Assembly (NCBI GenBank): GCA_963802615.1
Contig: CAWDKC010000021.1
Coordinates: 1-64,000, forward strand
Source of the DNA: an uncultured Alphaproteobacteria bacterium
GTDB lineage: Bacteria > Pseudomonadota > Alphaproteobacteria > Rhizobiales > Beijerinckiaceae
Length of the DNA stretch: 64,000 nt
Direction of reading: 5' to 3'
Made by a program: the position numbers and the translations under genes. Positions 40,833-52,010 of this stretch are shown piece after piece. Below the pieces are notes generated by a model. It did no database searches, was not told the origin of the DNA, and worked only from the letters and a program-made list of their open reading frames with translations. Every line of letters starts with the position of its first letter. Position 1 is the stretch's first letter.

Positions 40833-41543
40833 TCATTTCGGCGACGGGAAGGCCAGCACCTCGCCGGTGTAGGTTTCGACGACCTCGCTGAACGGCTCGC
40901 CGTCAGGCGTCGACAGCACCGCGCGATGCTCGAGCACGTGGTCGGGAATTGAAAGCGCGCCGGCGTCTTCCGGAGCGGGCGTCGCGCCCATCTCCCAGCC
41001 TTTCGGCAGCGGCCGCCAGAGCAAGTCCGTCGACAGGGTATGGCGTCGGAAATGGAGCGCGGCCACGGCCTTGCCGAACGGCGTGTCGGTGGTCTCCAGC
41101 ACATGGTTCATCTCAGGTGTGAGCCGGGCCGGCGCGTACCAGTTGTCAGCCTCGGAGAGCACATGGTCGCCGCACTTGAGCCGAACGCGACGATAGCCCA
41201 GCGGCTCGTCTGGCTTGACATCGAGCGCGGCGCGCACCTCGGAGCCGGCTGGTTTGTTTACTCCGCTCACCCGCTCGGCGACGATGCGCGGCGGATCGGC
41301 CAGCCGGTGATCAGCGCACCAGCGTTCGAGGGTGAGCGTCGCGCTGTCATGGGCGAGGAGATCGGCGTTGAGGGTCTCAATAAGCGCGAGCGCTTCGAGC
41401 CGGCCAACGAAGCTTTCCGGCCAGGGCGCTGGGTCGGCGGCGAGCGCGAGGGCTGTCGTGAACAGCAACAGGGACGCCCCTGTAAGACCTCGTAGGGCCG
41501 TCCCTATCATATCTGTTCGGCCTCGGCCGTCAGTTCGAACCAC
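40833..41543 (-). CDS. hypothetical exported protein
   Basis: Signal peptide ..LLLFTTALALAADP; no family assigned. Confidence 0.5.
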   Translation of the reverse strand: MVRTDGRGRTDMIGTALRGLTGASLLLFTTALALAADPAPWPESFVGRLEALALIETLNADLLAHDSATLTLERWCADHRLADPPRIVAERVSGVNKPAGSEVRAALDVKPDEPLGYRRVRLKCGDHVLSEADNWYAPARLTPEMNHVLETTDTPFGKAVAALHFRRHTLSTDLLWRPLPKGWEMGATPAPEDAGALSIPDHVLEHRAVLSTPDGEPFSEVVETYTGEVLAFPSPK

Positions 41544-43471
41544 GTCTTCTCGGTGGCGATTATCGCGCGCTCGAGCTCCGCGCGCTTCGCCGCCAGATCG
41601 GCCATCTTGACCGCGTCGCCGCCGCGCGCGCTCGCTTGCGTCAGCGCTTCGTCGACCCGGCGCAGGAGATCGTGGAAACGGTTCATCTTGTCTTCGAGCG
41701 CGGCGATCTCCCGCTTGATCGGCTGAGGCTCGCGCTTGGGCTTTGTTGGGGACGGCTGAGCCTCGAACTCGCGCTTGCGCCTTTGTTGCGGCTCGGCGCC
41801 GCTCAGCACAAACCGGCTGTAGTCGGCGAGATCGCCTTCAAACGGCTCGACCGTTCCGTTCGCCGCCAGCCACAGCCGGTCGACGCAGGCCTCGAGCAGA
41901 CGCCGGTCGTGCGACACCAGGATGCAGGCGCCTTCGTAGTCGTTGATCGCCTCGATCAGTTCGCCGCGACTGTCGATGTCGAGATGGTTGGTCGGCTCGT
42001 CGAGGATAAGAAGCTGCGGTCCATCGAAGGCGGCAAGACCCATCATAAGGCGCGCCTTTTCGCCGCCGGACAGGGAATCGACTTTGGTGTCGGCGCGTGC
42101 GCCGGAGAAACCGATCATCGCCGCGCGGCCTCGGATTTTGGAGACTGCCTCTCCACGCATGCGCTCGGCGACATGGTCGTAGACGCGGCCGCCAGGTTCA
42201 AGCTCGTCGATCTGGTGCTGGGCGAAATAGCCGACCTGAAGCCGGTTGGCGCGCACCATCTTTCCGGCCATCGGCTCGAGGCGTCCGGCGATAAGCTTGG
42301 CGAAGGTCGATTTGCCGTTGCCGTTCTGACCAAGGAGGCCGATGCGGTCGTCGTCGGCAAGCGAGAGGTCGATGCGCGCGATGACCGCGCGTCCATCATA
42401 GCCGGCGCTGACTTTCTCCAGGGTCACGATCGGCGGGCTGAGGCGTTTGGCGACCGGCGGCCATTTGAAGGGCTGCACGGTCTCGTCGACCACCGCCGCG
42501 ACCGGCTCCATCTTGGCCAGCATCTTGAGCCGCGATTGGGCCTGCACCGCCTTCGAGGCCTTGGCGCGAAAACGGTCGACGAAAGCCTGCAGATGCGCGC
42601 GCCGCTCCTCCTGCTTCTTGGCGGCCTTGCCCGCAAGGATCTGCTGCTCGCGGCGCTGGCGCTCGAAGCTCGAATAGCCGCCGGTCCACAAGGTCAGCTT
42701 GCCGCGGTCGAGGTGGAGGATCTGTTGCGCAACGTCGTCGAGCAGATCGCGGTCATGGCTGATGACGAGGATCGTCGCCGGACAGGTCCTGAGATAGTCG
42801 GTGAGCCACAGCACGCCTTCGAGGTCGAGATAGTTGGTCGGCTCGTCGAGCAGCAAGAGGTCGGGCTCGGAGAACAGCACCGCGGCCAACGCTACGCGCA
42901 TCCGCCAGCCGCCGGAAAATTCTCCCAGCGACCGGGCTTGCGCGGCCTCATCGAAGCCGAGCCCTTTGAGGATCCGCGCCACCCGCGCCGGGGCGTTATG
43001 CGCTTCGATGTCGACGAGGCGCGTGTGGATTTCGGCGATGCGCTCCGGATCGCTCGCGGTTTCCGCTTCGGCCATCAGCGCCTCGCGCTCGACGTCGGCG
43101 GAGAGCACGAAGTCGACGAGGCTTTCGGCGCCGGCCGGCGCTTCCTGATCGACGCTGCCGAGACGCGCACCCTTGGGGACGATGACCGCGCCGCTCTCGG
43201 GCGCGAGTTCGCCGCGAATCAGACGGAAGAGCGTGGTCTTGCCGGCGCCGTTGCGCCCGACGAGCCCGACATGCGCGCCCGATGGCAGCGCGGCGCTCGC
43301 GTTGTCGATCAGGAGACGCTCGCCGAGGCGATAGGTGAGAGCGCTGATGTGCAGCATGGGCGCGCTTTTCGCGCGGCGCGCTCGCTCTGGCAAGGTCAAG
43401 TGGCCGCCGACGCCGACCGATCGCGAACGCGCCCCGCGTTCCAATTGTTCAGGCGTGCGTAGTTTCGTCAA
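41507..43471 (-). CDS. ABC-F family ATPase (two fused ABC domains, no TM domain), Uup/EttA-like
   Basis: Two Walker A sites (GRNGAGKTT, GQNGNGKST), two LSGG signatures, C-terminal coiled coil. Confidence 0.85.
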   Translation of the reverse strand: MTKLRTPEQLERGARSRSVGVGGHLTLPERARRAKSAPMLHISALTYRLGERLLIDNASAALPSGAHVGLVGRNGAGKTTLFRLIRGELAPESGAVIVPKGARLGSVDQEAPAGAESLVDFVLSADVEREALMAEAETASDPERIAEIHTRLVDIEAHNAPARVARILKGLGFDEAAQARSLGEFSGGWRMRVALAAVLFSEPDLLLLDEPTNYLDLEGVLWLTDYLRTCPATILVISHDRDLLDDVAQQILHLDRGKLTLWTGGYSSFERQRREQQILAGKAAKKQEERRAHLQAFVDRFRAKASKAVQAQSRLKMLAKMEPVAAVVDETVQPFKWPPVAKRLSPPIVTLEKVSAGYDGRAVIARIDLSLADDDRIGLLGQNGNGKSTFAKLIAGRLEPMAGKMVRANRLQVGYFAQHQIDELEPGGRVYDHVAERMRGEAVSKIRGRAAMIGFSGARADTKVDSLSGGEKARLMMGLAAFDGPQLLILDEPTNHLDIDSRGELIEAINDYEGACILVSHDRRLLEACVDRLWLAANGTVEPFEGDLADYSRFVLSGAEPQQRRKREFEAQPSPTKPKREPQPIKREIAALEDKMNRFHDLLRRVDEALTQASARGGDAVKMADLAAKRAELERAIIATEKTWFELTAEAEQI

Positions 43472-43651
43472 TCGAAAGCCGCTATGCAGCCCGCGAAAAC
43501 GGCCATGGCGCGCGCCGCGCGGCCGAAGCGATTGGGGGAACGCTGACGGGGATGATGTCGACAGGCTCGAATCGCTGAGGGAGAGGCTTCATCGCCCCTC
43601 GTCGGCGTCCGCCATCGACAAGCGGTCGCGAAAGATCCGCGCGGTCGGCGC

Positions 43652-45074
43652 TTGAGTTTGCGGGCGGTAAGGACAAGACTGAACCCCAATGGCTTGCTGG
43701 AATTTTGGAGCCGCGCTGTGTTCTTTTTGGAAAAGAGGCTCGTTCAGTTTATCGCACTCGCTGGGCTTTCATTTGCTCTCGGCGTTGGACCGCAGTCGGC
43801 GTCCCGCGCCGAGGGTGACGCCGCGCCTGCCGCTGCAGCTGCGGACGCCAAGGCCACCGCCAAGGACGCCGAGCCCACCACCACCAAAGACCCGCAGATC
43901 GCGCTCGACGATCTCGAGCTCCTGTTGGCGCCGATGACCAAGGAGGAGACCGAGACCGAGGCGAAGGGCTGGTTTGCGCTGCTGTGAACCCGGGACTCCG
44001 GAGGCCGCAGGCGCCAAGGAGGCGCCGGCGGCGGGCGACAAGGCGGTTCTTGAGAAGGCGGTCGAGACCACAGAGAAGAAGTCTGAGGCCACCGGCGACA
44101 CCGCAAAGGTCGACAAGGTGGTCGCCGCGACCGAGAAGGAAGCCGCCGCCACGGAGCAAATCAAGTCGCTGGCCGAGTCGACGCCGGCCGCCGCCGCAAC
44201 GGCGGCGGTCGCATCCGCGCCCGGGGCGGCGACCGCAGCAGTCGGCGAAACGGCGAAAAAGGCTGAGAAACTCGCTGAAAAGACCGACGAAGCATCCGCC
44301 GCCAAGTCAGACGTCAAGGTTCAGCTCGTCGATTACAGTACGCAGCTCTCGGGCGAGCGCACGGCTCTCATCGACCGCTTGAAACTTGTGCTGGACAAAT
44401 TGGAGGCCAAAGGCGGCGACGCCAAGCTCTACCGGCTCTACATTGCCTCGATCGGCGGCATCAAGATCGATGTCTCGGATCGGACCGCGACTGTGGGGAG
44501 GCTTTCCGCCTGGCTCTCCTCTGACGAGGGCGGGCTCCGATTGGCGCGCGAGGTGGGAACATTCTTCGCCTACATTATCGGATCGATCATCGTCGCCTGG
44601 GTCGTGCGGATGATCCTGCGCCGGATAATGAACCGGGCGCATATGACGTCGCACTTGCTGCGCGACTTCATCGTCGTCAGCTCCGGCCCTCTCATCGTGG
44701 CGATCGGCTTCCTGTTCGCGCTGTCGGCGCTCGAGGTGAACCTGGCGCTCCTGCTCGCAGTGATCGGCGCCGCCGGCTTCGTCGTCGCTTTCGCGTTGCA
44801 GGGCACGCTCAGCAATTTCGCCAGTGGGCTCCTGATTATGGTGTTCAAGCCGTTCGACGTCGGCGACGACGTCGAAGTCGGCGGCGGGATCAAGGGTAGG
44901 GTCACGCACGTGACCATCTTCAGCACTTACATCCGCACCGATGATGGGATCACGAAGATCGTGCCCGACGACAACATCTGGAAGAGCGTCATCGTCAACG
45001 AAACAACCGGGGTCGTGAAGTCGCCACCGGCGGGCGAGCCGCCGGCCCCCGACGGGAAGCCAGAGGCGGCGTGA
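43652..45074 (+). CDS. MscS-family mechanosensitive channel with long periplasmic N-domain, frame break near 43980
   Basis: Signal/TM start in ORF 43652..43987. MscS core ..VIGAAGFVVAFALQGTLSNFASGLLIMVFKPFDVGD.. in ORF 43974..45074. Confidence 0.75.
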
Positions 45075-45223
45075 GCGAAGCCAAGCACCAAGGGCGCGCT
45101 TTGCATTGGGATGGGGTCGTTTGGCTTGTGCTCGACGACTGCCCGCGACGCAGCGTCCGGCCGGTCCGTTTGGATTTTCTTGCCTCGTCGCCGTTTCGCA
45201 CCGGAAAACCCCGTTCGGGAAGG

Positions 45224-45253
45224 TTGGATTTCCTTGGATTTCCTTGGATTTCC
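45224..45253. repeat. 10-bp tandem repeat TTGGATTTCC x3, with a related degenerate copy about 60 bp upstream
   Basis: Read directly in the convergent mscS/aqpZ intergenic region. Confidence 0.6.
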
Positions 45254-45593
45254 TCGTCCGAAACGAGACTTATCAATGGGTTACGCGGGATTTTCGCTGA
45301 AAAATTTTTCGGTGTGCTTTTCCCCCGAAGTCGGACGCGCCGGAACGGACGCCTGCGGTCTTGGCGGCGGAAAGGCTGGATTGCTCATCTGCCGAGCTTA
45401 CCCCGATTTCCGATTTTCCGCAACTTAATTCGCTATCGACAGTAATCCGCATCGACGGGCCCGGCGGCCGACGACGGCCGGACGCCGGAATTGGATGAGG
45501 TCGCGGCCGAGCGGGGCGGGACCGCGCGGCCTCCTGCGCGGTCCCGCCTCATCGGAGTCCTGCGGCCCCGACCCCGCACCCGAACCGGAGCGC

Positions 45594-46307
45594 TCAGGGC
45601 TTGTTCGGAACGTCGAACATCGCTCCGGTGCGGAACAGCAAGCCCGCCGCGCCCGCGCCGATGAGCGGGGCGATGATGAACAGCCATAGCTTGGCGACGG
45701 CTTCCGGCTTCGAGGCGATTCCGACCAGCGCCGGGCCGATCGAGCGCGCCGGATTGACCGAGGTTCCGGTGATGTTGATGCCGACGAGGTGGATCACGAC
45801 CAGCGTCAGTCCGATGGCGAGGCCAGCGAAGCCGGTCGGCGCGAACGGATGGGTGACGCCGAGAATGCACACCAGGAACAGGAAGGTCGCCACCACTTCG
45901 AACACGAAAGCGGAGACGACGCTGTACTCGCCGAGATAGCCCGCGCCCCAGCCGTTCTGGCCGAGCCCGCCGTTCCACCCTTGCGCCTTGCCGGACAGGA
46001 TCAGATAGAGCACGACCGCCGCGACGATCGCGCCCAAAACCTGAGCGATCCAGTAGCTGATCATGTCGGCGACGCTCATGCGGCCGGCGACATAGACGCC
46101 AAAGCTGACAGCCGGATTGACGTGGCAGCCGGAAATCGGCCCGATGCCATAGGCCATGGCGACAATGGCGAAGCCGAACGCGCTCGCAATGCCCAAGAGG
46201 TCGACCGCCGTGGCGCCCGACCCCATCCCGCCGACAACCGCCGCCCCGCAGCCAAAGAACACCAGCGCGAAAGTTCCAATAAATTCAGCTATCTGCTTGT
46301 TCACTGC
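45594..46307 (-). CDS. aqpZ: aquaporin Z
   Basis: Two NPA boxes (HVNPAVS, SVNPARS); GTG start giving (M)NKQIAEFIGTF. Confidence 0.9.
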   Translation of the reverse strand, partial: AVNKQIAEFIGTFALVFFGCGAAVVGGMGSGATAVDLLGIASAFGFAIVAMAYGIGPISGCHVNPAVSFGVYVAGRMSVADMISYWIAQVLGAIVAAVVLYLILSGKAQGWNGGLGQNGWGAGYLGEYSVVSAFVFEVVATFLFLVCILGVTHPFAPTGFAGLAIGLTLVVIHLVGINITGTSVNPARSIGPALVGIASKPEAVAKLWLFIIAPLIGAGAAGLLFRTGAMFDVPNKP

Positions 46308-46649
46308 GCACCCCTGGTTTAGCCGGCCCAAAAAACAGCCGCTGCTTAGTACGCCAGCGCGGACTTGGGAAGGCGGCGCGCCGCATTTCGGCCCTCCTGT
46401 CCCGCGAATTCCTTCGCTTGCCTGCAAATAGCGGGACTGAAAATCCTGGAATTGTTTTCGGGCGCGCAATTCGTGAAAAAGAAGCGCCGCGGAAACCGCG
46501 CTCGAACCGCTGGCTCGGGACAGCGACCGGGGCTTCGCCGACGGCGAATCATCGCGCTCGGTTCTTGCGCCATGCCTTCGCCCGGCCAGAGGCCGTTGCT
46601 TTCGCAGGGCCCGCCGATATATATGCGACGCCTTTTCCATGCCCCCTCG

Positions 46650-47078
46650 ATGAACGGCGCGGCCTTCGCGTCGCCGGAGCCAGAAATCCCTGTGCTGATC
46701 ACAGCCGCTTACGCGCAAGCCGCCGGCGCCCTCCCCTTCGGGGCGAGCGACACGCTGGTCCAGCTCGTGCCGATCGTGGCCATGATCGCGATCGTCTATT
46801 TCGTACTGTGGCGGCCCCAGCAGCGGCGCGCGAAAGAGCAGCGCGAGATGGTGCAGGCGGCGCGGCGCGGCGACGTCGTGGTCACCACCGGCGGTCTGAT
46901 CGGCAAGGTCACCAAGTCGGTCGACGACAACGAAGTCGAGTTCGAGATCGCTCCCAATGTGCGGGCGCGCCTCGCCCGTTCCGGCATTGCCGAAGTTCGC
47001 GCCAAGGGCGAACCCGTCAAGGATGCGGCGTCTTCCGCCAAATCACTGCCGGCCAAGAAAGATGCGTCCAACCCCTGA
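46650..47078 (+). CDS. yajC: preprotein translocase subunit YajC
   Basis: LVQLVPIVAMIAIVYFVLWRPQQRRAKEQREM..VVTTGGLIGKV; directly upstream of secD. Confidence 0.8.
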   Translation: MNGAAFASPEPEIPVLITAAYAQAAGALPFGASDTLVQLVPIVAMIAIVYFVLWRPQQRRAKEQREMVQAARRGDVVVTTGGLIGKVTKSVDDNEVEFEIAPNVRARLARSGIAEVRAKGEPVKDAASSAKSLPAKKDASNP

Positions 47079-47139
47079 GGGCAGGCGCGCCCCGGCTTTG
47101 GCCGCGAGTTCGAGCCTCTTCCTGAGAATTGAAAGTCTG

Positions 47140-48732
47140 ATGCTTCGTTTCGCGAACTGGAGATTGGCCTCGGTCCTGGCGCTTGTAGCGGCCGCGGTTC
47201 TGGTGGTCCTGCCGAGCTTCATGCCCTCCCAAGTGGTCGAGGCGCTCGCGGCTCGTTTCCCGAGCTTCATTCCGCTGCGCCAGATCGTGCTCGGCCTCGA
47301 TCTGCAAGGCGGCGCCTATCTGTTGATGGAAGTCGACACCCCCTCGGTGATCAAGAGCCAGGTTGAGGCGCTGCGGGACGATGTGCGGCAGAAGCTGCGT
47401 GAGGGCAAGATCGCCATTTCCGGCGGCATCGCGGCTGAGCCGCGCGCAGTCGATGGTCCGCATCGCCGATCCGGCCGAACGCGCCAAGGCGTTCGAGCTT
47501 CTCCAGTCGCTGAGCGTGCCGATAGGGGGCGCGCTCGCGGGAGGAAACGGCCGCACCCTGAATGTGACGCAGACCCCCGACGGCGTCCGGCTGGCGCTGA
47601 CCGACGCGGCAATCGCCGACAAGGTGCGCCACGCGGTCGGACAATCGATCGAAGTGTTGAACCGCCGCATCAACGCGATGGGCACCAAGGAAACCCTCAT
47701 CCAGCAACAGGGCGCGAACCGTGTGCTGATCGAGGCGCCGGGCAGCCAGGACACGACGGCCCTCAAGAACATGATCGGCCAGACCGCCAAGCTCGAGTTC
47801 CGCCTGGTCGCCGATCCCGGCGATCCGCCGAACGAGGCCGAGACGCTGCCGATGCAGAAGGGCGGCGGGACGATCCAGGTGCAGAAGCGGGTCATGGTGG
47901 ACGGCGAGGACCTGGTCGACGCGCAGCAGAGCTTCGACCAGCAGACCGGCGAGCCCGACGTCAGCTTCCGTTTCAACCTGCGCGGCGGGCAGAAGTTCGG
48001 CCAGGTCACATCGGCAAACGTCGGCCGTCCGTTCGCCATCGTCCTTGACGGCAAGGTGATCTCGGCGCCGGTCATCCGTTCGCCGATCACCGGGGGCACC
48101 GGCCAGATCACCGGCAATTTCAGTCTCGAAGAGGCTTCGAGCCTGGCGATTCTGCTGCGCGCCGGCGCGCTGCCCGCCAAGCTCACGGTGATCGAGGAGC
48201 GCACGGTCGGACCCGGGCTTAGGCCAGGACTCGATCGACGCCGGGAAACGCGCGGCCTATGTCGGGGCGGCGCTGGTCGTCATCTACATGATCGCGACCT
48301 ACGGCATCTTCGGCGTGTTCGCCGATCTCGCGCTCGCGGTGCACATTCTGCTCATCTTCGCCTCGATGGTCCTGCTCGGCGCGACGCTGACCCTGCCGGG
48401 CATCGCCGGCATCGTCTTCACCATCGGCATGGCGGTCGAACTCGAACGTCCTCATCTACGAGCGCATTCGCGAGGAGGCCCACCTCGGCCGCTCAGTCAT
48501 TTCCGCGCTCGACGCCGGTTTCCGGCGCGCCTTCGCCACCATCATCGATTCCAACGTCACGATGTTCGTGGCGGCGCTCATCCTCTATCTGTTCGGCTCG
48601 GGCGCGGTGCGCGGCTTCGCCGTCTCGCTCGGCTTGGGCATTCTGACCTCGGTCATCACTGCGGTCACCATGACGCGCATGATGATCGCGCTCTGGTATC
48701 ACCGCGCGCGGCCCAAGACCCTGCCCATATGA
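47140..48732 (+). CDS. secD: protein translocase subunit SecD, three frame breaks (about 47440, 48230, 48440)
   Basis: Pieces in ORFs 46957..48048, 47363..48646 and 48288..48785. Conserved MFVAALILYLFGSGAVRGFAVSLGLGILTS C-terminus. Confidence 0.85.
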
Positions 48733-48781
48733 TCGACGCTGCCGATATGAGCGAAGCGACGCGCACAACGGAACTCTCGCT

Positions 48782-49741
48782 ATGAAACGTCTTCGGCTCG
48801 CGCCCGAGAACACCAAATTCGGCTTCATGCGGTTCCGCCGCGTGAGCTATCCGCTGTCGGCGGTCCTGTCGATCATTTCGGTCCTCCTGTTCCTGTTCGT
48901 GGGCATGAATTTCGGCATCGACTTTGCGGGCGGCACCCAGGTCGACATGCGCGCCAAAAGCGGCGACGCCAATGTCGCCGACATTCGCTCCAAGGGCGAG
49001 GGACTTGGCGTGGGCCCCGTCGAAGTGCAGCGGGTCGGCGCCGAATCCGACGTGCTGCTGCGCCTCGGCGTGCAACCGGGCGGCGACGCCGGTCAGCAGA
49101 CCGCGATCGCGAAGCTCAAGGACGCCTTTGGCGCCGATTACGAGTTCCGCAGCGTCGATTCGGTCGGACCGACCGTATCGGCCGAGCTCGTCCAGCGCGG
49201 GACGCTCGGCGTCGTCGTCTCGATCCTCGCGGTCCTGACCTATTTGTGGTTCCGCTTCGAGTGGCAATTCGCGGTCGGCGCGATCATCGGCACGATGCAC
49301 GATCTCCTGCTGACGGTGGGCTTCTTCTGCGTCACTCAGCTTGAGTTCAATCAGACCTCGATCGCCGCGATTCTCACCATTGTCGGCTACTCGCTCAACG
49401 AGACGGTGGTCGTGCTCGACCGCATCCGCGAGGTGATGCGCAAATACAAGCGCCTGTCGACCTCCGAAATCATCGACATGTCGATCAACGCCGTGTTGCC
49501 GCGCACCATCATGACGGCGACGACTGTCTTTCTCGCCCTGCTGGCGCTGTTCTTCCTGGGCGGCCACGTCATCCGCTCGTTTTCGGCGGCGATGATCTGG
49601 GGAATTTTCGTCGCCACCTACTCGTCGATCTTCATCTGCTCGCCGATGCTCATTTACATGGGCGTACGCGCCGACACCTTCGACAAGATGCGGGAAAAGG
49701 AACTCGCCGGGGCGGACGTGAAGGCCAAGGAGAAGGCGTGA
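48782..49741 (+). CDS. secF: protein translocase subunit SecF
   Basis: Intact 319-aa ORF; GIDFAGGT and ..VVVLDRIRE motifs. Confidence 0.9.
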   Translation: MKRLRLAPENTKFGFMRFRRVSYPLSAVLSIISVLLFLFVGMNFGIDFAGGTQVDMRAKSGDANVADIRSKGEGLGVGPVEVQRVGAESDVLLRLGVQPGGDAGQQTAIAKLKDAFGADYEFRSVDSVGPTVSAELVQRGTLGVVVSILAVLTYLWFRFEWQFAVGAIIGTMHDLLLTVGFFCVTQLEFNQTSIAAILTIVGYSLNETVVVLDRIREVMRKYKRLSTSEIIDMSINAVLPRTIMTATTVFLALLALFFLGGHVIRSFSAAMIWGIFVATYSSIFICSPMLIYMGVRADTFDKMREKELAGADVKAKEKA

Positions 49742-50136
49742 GCGAGGCCAATCCCCGGCCCGCCTTCGCGCCCGGCAGCCATTCGATCGCCGCTTACGGT
49801 CAAGGCGCCTTCGCTTTCGCCGGCATGTCGCACGCAGGCTCGATCCTGGCGACGCCGAAAGGCGTGCGGCCGATCGACGCGACGAGCGTCGATGATCTCG
49901 GCCCGGTCGCGCTCGCCCAGCTCATGGCCGAGTCCGCCGAGAGTCCCGGCTCGATCGAATTTCTTGTTATCGGGACGGGCGATCGCATGGCGCCGATCCC
50001 GAAAGCGTTGCGCGCCACGCTCAACCAGGCCGGCCTGCGCTTCGAGGCGATGGCGACTGGCCCGGCCCTTCGGGTCTACAATGTCATGCAGTCGGAAGGC
50101 CGCCACGTCGCGGCGGCGTTGATCGCCGCGCCGTGA
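49738..50136 (+). CDS. Mth938-like domain protein (DUF498)
   Basis: 132 aa; FLVIGTGDRM..RFEAMATGPALRVYNVMQSEGRHVAAALIA. Confidence 0.65.
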   Translation: MSEANPRPAFAPGSHSIAAYGQGAFAFAGMSHAGSILATPKGVRPIDATSVDDLGPVALAQLMAESAESPGSIEFLVIGTGDRMAPIPKALRATLNQAGLRFEAMATGPALRVYNVMQSEGRHVAAALIAAP

Positions 50137-51007
50137 CCGCGCGTCGTCCGCCGGGCGCCGACCCGCTTGCGGACGCCGCCGAGCATTGCGCAGCCCTCGC
50201 CCGCGCTCACGCTCGCGATCAGTGGCTCGGCGCGCTCTATGCGAGCGCAAGCGCCCGCGGAGCGCTCTTCGCCCTGGCGAGCTTCGACACCGAAATCCGT
50301 CATGCGCTCAAGCGCGCGCGCGATCCCAATCTGACGGCGATCCGGCTTGCCTGGTGGCGCGAAGTCGATCTCCGGCGAACGGCAGGCCGAAGCGGCCGGC
50401 AACCCGGTCGCGCTCGCGCTTCGCGCGGCGATCGACGCCTATGCCCTGCCCCGTCGCATGGCTCGAGGCGATGCTGGACGCGCGCCTGCAGGCGATCGCG
50501 CCGCAGGACGATTTCAACCTCGTGGCGTTTCGCGCTTTCGCCGACGAGAGCGAGGGCGCGCGGTTGAGGCTCGCGTCGCGCATCGCGGCCGGGGGACAGG
50601 ATCTCGATCCGGCGGAGGCGCATGCGCCGGCCGGCATGGCGCTGGCGCTGACGCGCCTCATCAAGGACCTGCCGTTCAAGGCCGGAGCGGCGCCGACGCT
50701 CATCCCCACCGACGTCGCCGCCCGCCACGGCGTAAGCGTGGCGGATTTCGACGCGCGGCGCGCGAGTCCCGGCGTTCTTTCAGCCTGCGCCGAACTGCGG
50801 GGATTGGCGCGCGACGAACTGGCTGAGGCGGAGCGCCGGTTGAAGAGCTCAAGCCCTGCGATCCTGCCGGCCTTCATTCCGCTCGCGCCCTTGCGGCTCG
50901 ACCTCGACCGGCTCGACCGCAAGGCGGACCGCCCGTTCGATGACGTGGGCGAGGTCTCGCCGCTGCGCCGGCAATGGGCGATCTGGCGCTGGGCGCGAGC
51001 GCGATAG
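50133..51007 (+). CDS. squalene/phytoene-synthase-family protein (isoprenoid-synthase fold), frame break near 50390
   Basis: Helical YxxLRxxDD-like region split between ORFs 50133..50567 and 50186..51007. Confidence 0.6.
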
Positions 51008-51088
51008 GGGATAAGCCCGCTCGATAGGACGAGACCTGCGTTTCTAGAATTGTTCGCCGCTGGACGCGCAGCCTAGAGTGCCGCCCTC

Positions 51089-51982
51089 ATGCGCAGAACC
51101 TCCAATCTCACCGGCGTCGCCGCCATGCTCGCCGGGACCGCCTCTTTCGTCGTCGGCGACAGCTTCATGAAGCTGGTCACGAGCGATCTGCCGCCCTTTG
51201 AGGTGCTCTTCCTGCGTGGCGTCGCGGCCACTCTGGCCTGCGGCCTCCTGCTGGTCGCGCTCGGCGACTGGCGCGTCGTCTCCTCGGCCTTGCATCCTCG
51301 GGCTCTGCTGCGGGCGCTGGGAGAGACGCTGAGCGTGCTCTGCTACATCGTGGCGCTTGCGCGACTGCCGATCGCCGACGCGATCGCCATCCTGCAGACC
51401 GCGCCGCTGATCCTGATCCTGGCCGTCGCTTTTCTGCTTCGCGAACGCGTCGGAGCGGCGCGTGTCGCTCTTGCGCTGGTTGGCTTCGCCGGCGCCTTCC
51501 TGGTCGCCCAGCCGGGATCGGCCGGGATCTCGCCGGCGGCGCTGCTTGCTTTCGCGTCCGCTGTGTTGATCGCGGCGCGCGATCTGGTCGGGCGTGACGT
51601 GCCGGCGCGCATTCCGGTGATGGTTGTGACCTTCGCGACCAACGCCATGGTGATGGTCGTGGCGGGCCTGATGTCGCTCGGACTTGAAAGCTGGCGGGCG
51701 CCGGCGGACTGGCACCTCGCCTTTCTCGGTTTCGCCGGCCTGTTCGTCACACTCGGACATGTCGGACTCTTGCTCGCCTATCGGCTCGGGCGGACGGCCG
51801 CGGTCGCGCCCTTCTTCTACAGCTTCGCGCTCTGGGCGGTGCTGGCGGGCGTTGTCGTGTTTGGCGCCCTGCCGAACGCTCTTGCGCTTTTAGGGATCGC
51901 CCTCATCGTTGCGAGCGGCGTCGCCATCGTCGTCATGGACCAGCGCCGCGGCGAGGAGATCGCTCTGACGGAGGCGCTATGA
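51089..51982 (+). CDS. DMT-superfamily (EamA-like) transporter
   Basis: Ten predicted TM helices; duplicated EamA pattern. Confidence 0.75.
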   Translation: MRRTSNLTGVAAMLAGTASFVVGDSFMKLVTSDLPPFEVLFLRGVAATLACGLLLVALGDWRVVSSALHPRALLRALGETLSVLCYIVALARLPIADAIAILQTAPLILILAVAFLLRERVGAARVALALVGFAGAFLVAQPGSAGISPAALLAFASAVLIAARDLVGRDVPARIPVMVVTFATNAMVMVVAGLMSLGLESWRAPADWHLAFLGFAGLFVTLGHVGLLLAYRLGRTAAVAPFFYSFALWAVLAGVVVFGALPNALALLGIALIVASGVAIVVMDQRRGEEIALTEAL

Positions 51983-52010
51983 CGGCGCCATCCGACACGC
52001 CAGGTCGCCC

